From: Octopus vulgaris
Taxonomy: Eukaryota
Direction of reading: 5' to 3'
DNA length: 64,000 bases
NCBI GenBank assembly: GCA_951406725.2
Contig: OX597815.1
Location: 190,588,001 to 190,652,000, forward strand
Under the pieces are notes generated by a model that was given only the letters and a program-made list of their open reading frames with translations, was not told where the DNA came from and made no database searches. Position numbers and translations under genes: made by a program. How positions within the stretch are numbered: position 1 is the first letter of the stretch; the number at the start of each line of letters is the position of its first letter. Below are positions 26,823 through 39,856 of this stretch, in pieces.

Positions 26823-28902
26823 GTATTCTACGATGTTGAAATGTAATGGAAAGCACTGATGGAAATTGAATCTGAAATTATGATAAATATGTCAATAAAT
26901 ATAGTTTTAAGGAAGTTGTTTTATTTATTTACCTCCGGAATAAACCTGAAAGGGAATCAATTTTCTGATACACAATTTTTAATGCTAAATTCACTAATGA
27001 TGTTGTTGACAATAGAGGCTTCGCAAATGATGTTATTTTTCATCTTGTTGGATTCCATCTTTAAAAAAAAATTTACCATTTTGTACAAAATACAAAATTA
27101 ATGCTTCATGAGATGCAAAGGAAGCTATTATGGGGTTTTTTTCCTTTCATTTTTTTTCTTTTATTTTTCTTATATTTTTATTATATTTTCCCTTCCATTT
27201 AGAAGATTTATAATTCTTCAATATGATATCAAAGCTTTTGCCGAAAATTACCGAATTCTTTAATATACTATTATATAACTTTTTGAAAAATAGCTAAAAT
27301 TTATATCGATGCCTTTCATTGTATTGAAGTAATATAAAATAATAGTTGATGCTAAATTCGTTGTAGAAATAAAACAACAAACTCTACAAAAAGCTTGAAT
27401 ATATTTATTTATATAGTACATTAGGCACAGTATGTGCTTTGTTTTGAGGCTATATATTTTTTATTTTATTTTATTTTATTTTATTTTTCCAATTATAACT
27501 TTTTTTGCACAATGTTTGCAGTGATGAAACCACAGTTATGTCTAAAATAAAACCAACCACTATGAAAGAAAGCAATCAAAAAAGAAACGAGATTAAAACA
27601 AAATTACACTTGTTTATCAACTACTAACAAAATTTTGTCAGAGGTGTGTAGAATGTTTTTAGAATTTAGCAAATGTGTAGTGAGATTTATAAAGCAACCA
27701 AATTGTAAGAAAACATTTCTAGTACCCCAAATTCACATCTATACTGCAAGCAATATTTAATTTGTGAGACAATGACATTTGTTTTCGTTCTATTTTAGTC
27801 TTTTTACACTTATTGCCTTATTTTTTTTATTTACCCGTTATTTGTGTTTTGCCTCAAGATTACAAAACTTTTCTGGAAACAGCAAAACTGAGAAAAAAAA
27901 AAAATATATATATATATATATATAAATAGATAAATAATTAAATAATAATTTTTTTTTTTTTTTTTAAATTGCAAAGAAATCGTGAATTCTATTTAAACAC
28001 AGCAGTCTGTGAAAATTTCAAAATAAATGCTGATAACAGTGTTATTCTGAATAGGTTTACAATTCTGAAAGTGATGAAGATAATTCATAGTCAAGCATAG
28101 GATATAGTTGCTATTTAAAGAAAAGGCGGCAGAGAGGAGATGCAAGGAATGTAGATAAAGAGAGAAAAAGAGAGAAAAGGAGAGGGGGAGAGAAAGGGAG
28201 AGCGAAAAAAAATAAAAATCAATATACTGTGCAAGTTGTCTTATAAATGCCAGAATATATGAAAGAAGAATTTATCAAACCTTTAACTCTCAAAGGAATT
28301 TACCAAAGATCAATGGTCTAATGCTTTTTAGTGACCTTTATGGAGATAATATTAAAAACTCAATGGAACACAAATATATTATTTTCCATTCTAATAATGG
28401 ATAAATTCTATATGGTTTGGTTTAGATTTGTATGGTAATGCTGTTGATAAAAGAAGAGCTGTAATGAGTACAATTTGTTGGATGTGTAAGGTAGATTTGC
28501 AATAGAAATCAGGATGGATGTTTGAAGAAGGAATGCGAAGAAGTATGAGAGGAATTTGTGAATGAAAGAAAGAGAAGATTGGTATTCAAAACACAAGTAA
28601 AATGCATAGAAGATTTAATTTGATGACTATTAAAATTAAGCAGATCAGAGATAAAGTTGCTTTTTTTATTGAAAAATCAACTGCCAGCATGAGATTATTT
28701 CATAGCTTGAGTAATTGTAAAAATTCTAGAGAAATACTTTAAACAAAGATGTATTGTGGGTGGCAAAGAGTGTTGTTACTTCTCCACAATTTTCTGCCTA
28801 TGTTTTACCTGTGATATTTTACCTGACATTTTATAAGCTATTATTTACTTGTAGTTTTGTTTGCATTCATTTGTATATGTATGTATGTGCATATATCATC
28901 AT

Positions 28903-29222
28903 GTGAAGGTGATGGCTCAGTGGTTAGAGAGTCGAGCTTACAATTGTGATGTTGTGAGTTCGAATCCCAGACCGGGCTGCATGTTGTGCTCTTGAGCAAG
29001 ACACTTTATTTCACATTGCTCCAGTTCACTCAGCTGTAGAAATGAATTGCAACGTCACAGGTGCCAAGCTGTATCTGCTGGATAACACTGGTGGCGTGGA
29101 AAGGGGAGGCCAGTATGCATGGGCGACTGATGGTCTCCCATAAACAACCTTGCCCGGACTTGTGCCTGGGAGGGTAACTTTCTAGGTGCAATCTCATGGT
29201 CAGTCATGACCGAAGGGGGTCT
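28903..29222 (+). mobile_element. tRNA-derived CORE-like SINE family E
   Basis: ggctcagtggttagag...gagttcgaatccc then cttgagcaagacactttatttcac...cagctgtagaaatg; partial inverse copy at 59043-59250. Confidence 0.75.
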
Positions 29223-29588
29223 CAATATCATCATCATTATCGTTTAACGGCCACTTTCCATGCTGGCATGGGTTGGATGGTTTGATTGAGGGCTAGAAAG
29301 CGAGTAGGCTGCACCAGGATCCAATCTGATCTGCCCTTCCTAACACCAACCACTCAGAGAGTGTAGTGGGTGTTTTTTACGTGCCACTGGCACAAGGGCC
29401 AGTCAGGCAGTATTGGCATCAACCACGCTTGAATGCTGCTTTTTACATGCCACTAGCACAGGAGCCAGTCCGATGGCACTGGCAACGACCACGACATATA
29501 TATATATATATGTATGTATGTATGCATGTATGTATGTATGTATGCATGTATGCAAGTATGTATGCATGCATGTATGTATGTAAGTATG

Positions 29589-29952
29589 TCTCTTTTATCT
29601 TTAATCTTTTAAATTCTTCCTCTGGGGAAGGTGCTGGTTTCTAACAGAGATACAAAGCTCCATCTTTGAAATGTAGATAATGAAAATAATGTCACATTTT
29701 AAACCCGAGAAAAGTTTTGCATAGTTTTAGTCTTCCACTTATGGATTGCGTTGGTAATGTGCGAATCAGTTGGTTGATTTCTTTTCCTGAAAATCTGAGC
29801 TTATCTAGACTGACAGTTAAGCATTTACTTGCGAAACCAAGCACTCCAATCATTATTGGTATAAATGTAAATTTGTAATCCAGATATAGAAGCTGGAGAT
29901 TTTGAAGCAGTTGTCCATAGTTATCTTCTGTCTCTTTGATTTTGAAGGAGAG
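29589..29952 (-). mobile_element. 3' end of an RLE-type (R4/Dong-like) non-LTR retrotransposon
   Basis: Translates KIKETEDNYGQLLQNLQLLYLDYKFTFIPIMIGVLGFASKCL...QSISGRLKLCKTFLGFKM*, resembling RLE C-termini (K..KY..L / IPI.IG.LG); the short 3' UTR abuts (TACA)n. Confidence 0.65.
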
Positions 29953-30263
29953 ATATATATATATGTATGTATGTATGTAGGTAGGTAGGTAGGTAGGTAG
30001 GTAGGTAGGTAGGTAGGTAGGTAGGCAGGTAGGAAGGTAGGTAGGTAGGTAGTTAAGTAGATAGGTAGATAAGTAGGTAGATAGGTTGGTAGGTAACACT
30101 GATTTTGTTAGTCTTTCTCACTGAAATTTACATTTTCCACTAAAGTACACACACACACTCACACATAATGTAGAATCGTATAGTTAGCATTATTTTGGCT
30201 TTAAAAAAATAATCAAATACTTACATATATGTATGTATATACATGTATATGTATATATATCAT

Positions 30264-30412
30264 ATTAGAGGGAAAATCAAAACCAAGGCAGAACAAGTAT
30301 CTCAAGTCATTTAGAATAATTTAATTAGACTTCAAATACACTTTACCTTAATTAAATTATTCTATATGACTTGAGATACTCACTCTGCTTTGGTTTTGCT
30401 TTTACCTCTAAT
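30264..30412. repeat. ~150-bp palindrome next to TA repeats
   Basis: aaaaccaaggcag...agtatctcaagtcat pairs with atgacttgagatact...ctgctttggtttt. Confidence 0.75.
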
Positions 30413-30555
30413 GTAATATATACCTGCTATAATGGAACCCTAATATGGATCCCTAGAGCCTGCCTCAGCTGTGAACTTGGAACCTAACAGATGACCAACT
30501 ATAGCACTTACTCAGTGTACCTATTTGTTAAGATCACAAGTGAACTAAAGCCCTC

Positions 30556-30602
<47 letters not shown>

Positions 30603-30663
30603 CGCCATGATAGATCATTAGCTCCTACACGCATATTTTTCTCTCCTTGTTTTTTTCTGTGTA

Positions 30664-30701
30664 TCTTTCTGTCGAAGAGCATAGACTCGAAACGTAAAAG
30701 A
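30664..30701 (+). ncRNA. Minimal hammerhead motif (A6U) in a TA-flanked cassette (~30600-30800)
   Basis: UCUUU-CUGUCGA-A-GAG-CAUAGA-CUC-GAAAC-GU-A-AAAGA, with a perfect 5-bp stem I. Confidence 0.6.
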
Positions 30702-30798
30702 CTTTTTCTATTTCTATTCCTGAGCGCTATACTAATACATTTGTTTGTTTGTACTCCACCTGCCTTCGTCTTTTGTTTATTTTCATAAACTTTCCCTT

Positions 30799-30829
<31 letters not shown>

Positions 30830-31277
30830 CTTTGTTCTTATAAGTAGATTTGGTAGATAAACATATATATGCATGTGTATACATATGTGTACATGTGTGT
30901 ACCTGTATATACATGCGTGTATGTGTATACATGTGTGTGTGGGTGCGTGTGTGTGTGTATATATGTGAGTGGACATATGAAAGAAGGGCACTCAACCAAT
31001 TTATTGGGAGTTACATGTATAGATAAAAAAAGTTCGATTCAAATTCATTGGTACTTCGAGTTTCAAGTGTGATGCTAATCATCAGCCATTTTGGATTTGA
31101 ATGAAAGAAGTTGATCGTTGTTACCAATAGGTCGGATGCGATTGGTTGAGAAAGGTCATATGGTGTTGTGGTTTGATGTTGGTATATCAGTATATCAGTG
31201 TATCAGTGACAACAGTTAGTTGGAAAATACCGCATGGTGAACAGGAAATTGACTGTGTGGAGAACAGGGTATGTATG

Positions 31278-31310
<33 letters not shown>

Positions 31311-31643
31311 AACGACATGCAAAGGTACACGAAGCCCAGTTACAACTACAGGCAGCAACTGCCGGTAAAGGTTTTAGCTGCCAATTCTGTACAAGACATT
31401 GTAGATCTTTAGCTGGGCTAAAAAGTCACATTCGATCACAGCACCAATAACAGTTAAGCCTTGTGCAATGGCCATACTCGATAACAAGGGGACAGCCATC
31501 GTATGTATGTATGTACATTTGTGTGTGTGTGTGTGTGTGTGCATACATATGTATGTATGTCATTATTCAGTTTATTTCAAGATTTCTTGCCAATAGAGAA
31601 AGAACTGGTTTCTAACCTAGAGCCAAGACTATGTATGTATGTA

Positions 31644-31754
<111 letters not shown>

Positions 31755-32480
31755 TTGTATTTAACCCCACCATTGTTTAACAACTGGTGTTTGTTTATAT
31801 CCCCACAACATAGGTATTCAGGAAAAAAGACCAATAGAACAAATACCAAGGCTGAAAAAGTATGTACTAAATTGTTCAAAGCAGTGCCCTAGCATGGCCT
31901 ACATCTAATAACTGAAATAAGCAAAGCACAAAAGATAACAGGATAAATATTTGGCCTCATATTAACCAAACAAGTCAGCAAAATTCAGTTACTTTTTAAT
32001 GTATCATCCACATTGACTATCACTACTACCCTGATATTTAGAAAGTGGATCCTTTACTGTCGAGTTGTCTGGGAACATATTCTAGCTCAAATTTTTGCAT
32101 AACTGATTTCATTTTTTTTTTCTATATTCTGTTACTTATTCAGCAATGACATATTAAATAGGACCACATACTTCATATTGAAATAATATTAACACCTCAC
32201 CAATTCTTCTTGCAGAGAGAAAATGAAACAACAACAACACAAACAACGCAATTTTCTTATTTCGCATTGTAACCATTGATAAAATAATTTAGCAAAACTT
32301 CTTAGCTTCAGTAGTTTTTGAGATATGAGAGCAGACACTCATGTGATCATTCAATCAAATAAACACGATAAGGAAATTGCATATGTATGTATTCTAAGAA
32401 AAGAAATCTTGAAGACGGTTTTCAAAAATACAAAAAAATATAAAATGAAAATTTGACTTATTTAGATGTAAAAATAGAGT

Positions 32481-32616
32481 ACACCTAGGTTGTACATATA
32501 CAAAATATACATATGCACGCATGTTTTTATATATATATATATACACACACACCTACATACACACATACACACACACACACATAAATATATGTACGTAAGC
32601 ATTTAATATACATATC

Positions 32617-32662
<46 letters not shown>

Positions 32663-32723
32663 AACACATAGATATATATACCCAAGTATTTTATATAAAT
32701 ATCTGTGTTTGTGTGTATATATA

Positions 32724-32763
<40 letters not shown>

Positions 32764-32921
32764 AAATATATATATGAATATATTCTTTATTCTTTTACAC
32801 CTAGTCTGTACATATACAAAATATACATATGCACACATGTTTATATATATACACACACACACCTACATACACACATACATCCACACACATAAATATATGT
32901 ACCTAAGCATTTAATGTACAT

Positions 32922-32960
<39 letters not shown>

Positions 32961-33013
32961 AACACATAGATATATATACCCAAGTATTTTATATAAATAT
33001 TTGTGTGTGTGTG

Positions 33014-33058
<45 letters not shown>

Positions 33059-33130
33059 GTGTGTATATATATATGTGTGTGTATATATATATATATATAT
33101 ATGAATATATTCTTTATTCTTTATTCTTTT
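32481..33130. repeat. Tandem duplication of a ~316-bp microsatellite-rich unit
   Basis: acacctag..tgtacatatacaaaatatacatatgcac at 32481 and 32797; aaacacatagatatatatacccaagtattttatataaatat occurs twice. Confidence 0.85.
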
Positions 33131-33205
33131 ACTAGTTTCAGCTTAAGAGTTGTGTCTATGCTTGGATATATTTATATATACCTAATTGTATATAAATATG
33201 CATAT

Positions 33206-34392
33206 TCATCATCATCATCATCATCGTCGTTTAACGTCCGTTCTCCATGCTAGCATGGGTTGGACGGTTCGACCGGGGTTCTGGGAAGCCAGAAGGCTGC
33301 ACCAGGCTCCAGTCTAAATTTGGCAATGTTTCTACAGCTGGATGCCCTTCCTAACGCCAACCACTCCGTGAGTGTAGTGGGTGCTTTTTACGTGCCACCT
33401 GCACAGGTGCCAGGCGGGGCTGGCAACGGCCACGGTCAGATTGGTGTATTTTATGTGCCACCGGCACGGAAGCCAGTCGAGGCGGTGCTGGCATCGGCCA
33501 CGAGTCGGATAGTGCTTTTTACGTACCACCAGACCAGGGATCCTGGCTGGTTCAATTCGATTTCGATTTCGCTTGCCCCAACATGTCTTCACAAGCAAAG
33601 GGGTTGGCAAGGGTGCCTGTCGTACGGTCGCATTGGAGTATTTTACGTGCCACGGCCACGAGTCGGATAGTGCTTTTTACGTACCATCAGACCAGGGATC
33701 CTGGCTGGTTCAATTCGATTTCGATTTCACTTGCCCCAACATGTCTTCACAAGCAAAGGGGTTGGCATGGGTGCCTGTCGTACGGTCGCATTGGAGTATT
33801 TTACGTGCCACGGCCACGAGTCGGATAGTGCTTTTTACGTACCACCAGGCCAGGGATCCTGGCTGGTTCAATTCGGTTTCGATTTCGATTTCGCTTGCCC
33901 CAACATGTCTTCGCAAGCATGGGGGGTTGGCATGGGTGTCTGTCGTCGGATGAGGTTCTATATCGACTTCGCTTGCCTCAACCGGTCTTTGTGTCCAAGG
34001 GAGGAAAGGCATTCATAAGTGGGCTGGGCTCACTTGTCCTGCCTGGTCTTCTCACGTACAGAATATTTCCAAAGGTCTCGGTCTCTGGTCATTTCCTCAG
34101 TGAGGCCTAAAGTTCGAAGGTCGTGCTTCACCACCTCGTCCCAGGTTTTCCTGGGTCTACCTCTTCCACGGGTTCCCTCAACTGCTAGGGATTGGCACTT
34201 TCTCACACACCTATCTTCATCCATTCTCGCCACATGACCATACCAGCGCAATCGTCTCTCTTGCACACCACAACTGATGCTTCTTAGGTACAACATTTCT
34301 CTCAAGGTGCTAACGCTCTGTCGAGTATGTACACTGACATTACACATCCATCGGAGCATACTGGCTCATTCCTCACGAGCTTACGCATGTCC
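33206..34392 (-). mobile_element. 5'-truncated RTE-clade LINE (ORF C-terminus, 3' UTR, (GAT)n tail)
   Basis: 34030-34359 translates MLRWMCNVS...RRLRWYGHVARMDEDR...RGRGRPRKTWDEVVKHDL...DRDLWK, the typical post-RT region of RTE-type elements. Confidence 0.9.
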
Positions 34393-35142
34393 TATATATA
34401 TATATTCAGAAAAGTAATCTTTATCACACCTAAATGTGTGTTCTATAAGAACAGAGGATACCACACACACACATACACACACAAACACACACATAACGAC
34501 AAACACAGATGTGTACACAGTCATATGTGCATATGTGTGTGTGTGTGTGTAAGATAAGCAAATGAGCTAAGAAATATAACTTTGTGTGGCCAGTGGCAGC
34601 AATTTGAATAACAAAGACAAATAAAGGTACATCAAAATCCATACATGATAAACTGCTGATTTATTGAAATAATTTTCACTTCCACAGAAGGTAAAACAAA
34701 TGTCTAATGGGGATTGTGACTGACTCCAAAGTTGAGAGTGAGATAATCCCAAGATTGAAGAATTCTCTGGAACTGTCATTCCACTAGCAAAAAATAATCT
34801 GACAGTTTGGAGACAAAAAGGTAGCTGTGGACATGTTTTTACCTTGATAATCATCATCAGAATTCCAGCTGTCATGCCCTGACAGACAAAGAATTTGGAC
34901 ATATGTAAGAAGAGTAGACAACATCCATGACGTAGCATAAAAAAAACAACAAAAATGAGCAAGGGGAAATAACTCAAAGTGGCCAGTGACATAAATTTGA
35001 ACACCAAAGATGAATAAAGGTGCATTAAATATCATAGTTTAAATGCACCAATTGGTAACTGAGATTAACACCAAATGGAAAGTAGAGGTGATCTTACCGC
35101 TGGCTACTTGGAATTATTTCTTTTAGCCCATTTTAGTTTTAA

Positions 35143-35479
35143 CTAGCAATATCGCCCGGGTTTGTAAGGGAAATAACTATATAAGCATTTTTAGAGAGTT
35201 ATAGCCAAAAAATAGCAAAAAAATGCATTAAAAATGGGGAAAAAAATGATGGTAAATTTTTTAAATCGTTGACTCATCGTAGACATTTTTAGAGAGTTAC
35301 TTCCCTTATATAATAGTGAAAAAATGCATTAAAATGGAAAAAAATGATGGTAAATACCCAGAAGGGCTTGATATGAATCACGACTGTAAGATACCCGGTT
35401 TTGGTTAAACTGCACCGCAAAATGTGGGAGTAGTTAGGAATCTAAATCAGACACACAACCTCACTTTTATATATAAAGA
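35143..35479 (-). mobile_element. Non-autonomous Helitron (same family as 10553-11449)
   Basis: Reverse-complement termini actagcaatatcgcccggg and tttatatataaagat. Confidence 0.8.
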
Positions 35480-35737
35480 TTATGTTGTGTAGTGCTGGTG
35501 AAGCTCTCGTTCAGCATCAAATGGACATATGGATAGTCTGGTGGGATTAGCTGAGAGTTTTTGTATCTTCTTGCAACTGGATGCTTGTCTAAAACACATA
35601 ATGAAAGCACAGTGCAAGTTACCCTGTCAGATTTCAATGCAAGGGAAGGGCTTAAACCTTTTTAGCTATGTGTGCATGTGTGTATGTGTGCTTGTATGCG
35701 TGTATATGTGTGCATGTGCATATGTATATATGTGTGT

Positions 35738-36012
35738 ATCATCATCATCATCATCGTTTAACGTCCGCTTTCCATGCTAGCATGGGTTGGACGGTTCAAC
35801 TGGGGTCTGGGAAGCCCGAAGGCTGCACCAGGCCAGTCAGATCTGGCAGTGTTTCTACAGCTGGATGCCCTTCCTAACCCCAACCACTCCATGAAAGTAG
35901 TGGGTGCTTTTTATGTGCCACCGACACAGGTGCCAGACGAGGCTGGCGAACGGCCACGCTCGGATGGTATTTTTTATGTGCCACCGACACAGGTGCCAGA
36001 CGAGGCACCTGT
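35738..36012 (-). mobile_element. RTE 3'-UTR fragment
   Basis: (CAT)n followed by cgtttaacgtccgctttccatgctagc. Confidence 0.8.
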
Positions 36013-36714
36013 GTATATACACACATATATATACATGTGAAGGTGTGATGATGCTTTGGTCAGTCCAGGGCTATAGTAGAAAATATTTACCCAAGATGCC
36101 ATGCAGTGGGACTGAACCTGGAATCTGTGCCTACTGATGTGCATCACATACACAGCTATACTTGTATGCCTTAAAATTGTGGGGAAACATGTCTGTAGCT
36201 GCAGCTGCCGGTATTGATGATGACAATAATGATGACAATGATGATGACAGCAACAACGGCAGTGGCGGTGTTGTTGCTGTTGCTGTTGTTGCTGTTGTTG
36301 TTGTTGGTGGTGGTGGTAGTGGTGGTGGTGGTGGTGGATGGATTATAATTTGTTTTAATTTAGACACAAGGCCAGCAATTTTGAGAGGAGGAAGTTGATT
36401 ACATTAACCCCCACCCCCACCTCCCCGGGTTCAACTGGTACTTATTTTATTGACACCCCCACTCCCAAAGAATGACAAGCAAAACCAACATTGACAGCAG
36501 TTAAACTCAGAATATAAAACACCAAAAGAAATAGCACTTAGCACCTTGTCCAAAATGGTAAGGATTCTTCCCAGGGCACCACCCTATGGTGAATTCATAA
36601 TTCATTCTACAAATAATACAAGACCTGATATATTGGGAAAGTGACTTACACTGACCCCAGTCAATTACATTGATCCCAGTTCTGAACTGGTGTTTATTTT
36701 ATTGACCCTGAGAG

Positions 36715-37447
36715 CAGCACTAGATTAACTCCATTATGCAAAATAAGCATGCGCTTAGGGCACCAAGGGACGTGGTGGGGGGCACCACAGAAATGAAAAT
36801 GGTCTACGGCATGAAAGAAATCACTTCAAACTTGCTAAAATAATGTTTATAATGTCTTATCTTTACTAAGTATAGAAGCAGAAGTTTTAATTTCAATTAA
36901 TTAATTTTAACGATATCATTGAACACTTTGCAATAAAAAAAAATGGAGAAAACTTTTCAGATGTAAATAAAATGGAAATATACAAAAATAAACATTATTT
37001 TCCATCTTACTGTGAATTTTGTTTCATTTCGGAAAAATAAAAATTTTGTTAATGTTTTATTACTGTTTACCTTTTGAATTATTTTTGCTTACATTTTGAA
37101 CCATTTATTCGTTACCAGCATCGCCTTACTGGCACCTGTGTCGGTGGCATGTGTAAAAGATTCGAGTGAGGTCGTTGCCAGTACCACCTGACTGGCCCCG
37201 TGCCGGTGGCACGTAAAAGCACCCACTACACTCTCGGAGTGGTTGGCGCTAGGAAGGTTAACCAGCTGTAGAAACTCTGCCAGATCAAGGATGGCGCCTA
37301 GTGCAGCCATCTGGTTTGCCAGACCTCAGTCATTCGTCCAACCCATCCTAGCATGGAAAGCAGACGTTAAATAAACGATTACATATGTCTGAGGACACCA
37401 AAACCTTTTAAGTGCTTAGCGCCTCTATGGGTCTTAACCCAGCCCTG
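36715..37447. mobile_element. hAT-type MITE inserted in SINE B and carrying an RTE-UTR fragment (37108-37372)
   Basis: Perfect 8-bp TSD cctgagag at 36707-36714 and 37448-37455; imperfect TIRs cagcactagattaa / ttaacccagccctg. Confidence 0.8.
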
Positions 37448-37675
37448 CCTGAGAGGAAAAAAGGCAAAGTCAACCTCAATGGTATTTGAACTCAGAATGA
37501 AGATATCCACTAAGCACTTTTGTTTGGCACTCTAATGATTCTGCCAGCTTACTGCCTTATGGATGATTTGTAATAAATTTGGTTTATCATGGATTAAGAA
37601 GAAATATTTTATATGAGTTATCTTTATCTTGAGCTTGGTATATGGGAGGATACCAACACATTATTAAATAATTAC

Positions 37676-38036
37676 AGGTATGACTGTGTGGTAAGAAGCT
37701 TGCTTTCCAACCACATGGTTCCGGGTTCAGTTCCACTGCGTGGCACCTTGGGCAAGTGTCTTCTACTATAGCCTCGGGCCTACTAAAGCCTTGTGAGTGT
37801 ATTTGGTAGACAGAAACTGAAAGCCGCCCGTCCTATATATATGTGTATGTTTGTGTGTATGTGTTTGTCCCGCCATCGTTGCTTGACAACCAATGTTGGT
37901 AAGTTTATGTCCCTGTAACTTAGCGGCTTGGCAGAAGAGACCGATAGAATAAGTACTAGGCTTACAAAAAATAAGTCCTAAAGGCAGTGCTCCAGCATGG
38001 CCACAGCCAATTGACTGAAACAAGTAAAAGAATAAA
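37676..38036 (+). mobile_element. SINE family A
   Basis: Family motifs. Confidence 0.85.
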
Positions 38037-38418
38037 ATATGTGGTGCTCTCAGAGCTGGTAAAATTCTGACTGAAACCACAGAATTCATTTTACCCCACT
38101 GCGCATAACCTGGATAATTTTTGTTGCTGTCACAGTTTTCTATTTTTTTTAAATTTTGCTTCATATGTTTTAAAATTCGGTGTACCAATTTAGTTTTGTA
38201 TGTTAATTATGAAAATGAAATACAGTTTTGCCATAAATAAATAAAAAGTTAATAACTTTTAAACTTTGCAAATTTTGGGCAATTTTAGCTATTCAAAAAC
38301 CACAAACATATTGGTACCTGTTTCCATAGTAACAAGTGGAGATGTAGTCTGCCACCCAAACCACCATCACTACCAAGTGTACTTTCTTTTAGCCTAGGTA
38401 TTTTCTTTCCCAAGTCAA

Positions 38419-38490
38419 ACCTTAACCCTAAACCCTAGCCTTAACCATAAACCCTAACCCTCAACCCTACACCTTAACCCTAAACCATAA
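38419..38490 (+). repeat. Degenerate (CCCTAA)n telomere-like tract
   Basis: ccttaaccctaaaccctagccttaaccataaaccctaaccc... Confidence 0.6.
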
Positions 38491-39029
38491 TGTACAGTTT
38501 GTTTTTGTGTGTGTGACTTTTTGCAAAAAACTTTTGTTGCAGATTTTGACCCTTTTAAATTATTTACATGCCTGTTCAAACATTTCACATGACTTTACAG
38601 CTTTCATCATCTTAACGTTTTGCTTGTAATTTGTTTATTAAACTTCATTATTAAAATGTTTTTGTTTTCATTTTGTGATTACCAACTATCACACAGAAAA
38701 TGCCAGCTTCCAAATCTTGTTTTTTGGTTGGGTAAAAATAATGAAACTTTAAGATTTTGTAACATTGTTTTAAACTTTTTCTGCATTAAATGAATAACAA
38801 AACCCAATTTAGAGTGAAAAATTACATCAATATACCAAATCTGAAAATTTTCACTTAATTTTAAAATTTCAAAATCTATGATAGTAACAGAAAAGATCCC
38901 ATAACCTTATATTACTTTTATAATTCTTATGAACAACCTTGTTGCCAATAACAACAATCACATTTCCTCATGTCTATTTGTTGTTGTTTTTTGTTTCTTC
39001 TTGTTTTAGTAATATACAAACCAGAAACA

Positions 39030-39258
39030 TCGTACAAATGTTTCGTTTTTGTATTTGGTTTGCAAGATTCTTTATATGAGTTCGTGTGTTGAAGCATATT
39101 CTGTTGTGTCTGGGGAGAATCAAGACTACTGAAAAGGTTGCAAGACGCAACGAAAATTTTAGGAAAATAAAAATAAGAAATAAGTGGAAATTTTACTGGT
39201 GAGTGTGTTACATTATAAGGCACAAAAAGAAAATGACTCTCTCCAGACACAACAGAAC
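39030..39258. mobile_element. Partial fold-back element with hammerhead-like motif (39126-39162, +)
   Basis: Shares three blocks with 56008-56228 in rearranged orientation; CUA-CUGAAAA-G-GUUGC-AAGAC-GCAAC-GAAAA-UU-U-UAG. Confidence 0.65.
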
Positions 39259-39442
39259 TGTACAAATGATTAACCAGAAGTCCCACAATACCACTCTCTA
39301 CACAGGCCAATTGCAACACCTCATATTGTTGACCCTAAAAGAGCAGATCTTTCATAGGAATACAACCACGACTAACTCATTTTATTTACAGCAATAGTAT
39401 ACACTTGACTACATTATTCATGGTTCTTTTTTATAAGATTTA

Positions 39443-39606
39443 TAGAGTAAGAGTGGCTGTGTGGTAAGTAGCTTGCTAACCAACCTCATGGTTCCGTGTT
39501 CAGTCCCACTGCGTGGCACCTTGGGCAAGTGTCTTCTGCTATAGCCCCAGGCCAACCAATGCCTTGTGAGTGGATTTGGTAGACGGAAACTGAAAGAAGC
39601 CTGTTG

Positions 39607-39639
<33 letters not shown>

Positions 39640-39856
39640 TTGTGTGTCTGTGTTTGTCCCCCTAGTATTGCTTGACAACCGATGCTGGTGTGTTTACGTC
39701 CCCATCACTTAGCGGTTCGGCAAAAAGAGACCGATAGAATAAGTACTGGGCTTACAAAGAATATGTCCCGGGGTCGATTTGTTCGATTAAAGGTGGTGCT
39801 CCAGCATGGCCGCAGTCAAATGACTGAAACAAGTAAAAGAGTAAAGAGTAAAGAGT
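39443..39856 (+). mobile_element. SINE family A, full length
   Basis: Family motifs and (AAAGAGT)n tail. Confidence 0.85.

Noticed and set aside
34567-35025. 152-aa ORF
   Set aside because: Bounded by ~85-bp degenerate direct repeats typical of an old non-coding repeat; no protein motif recognised.
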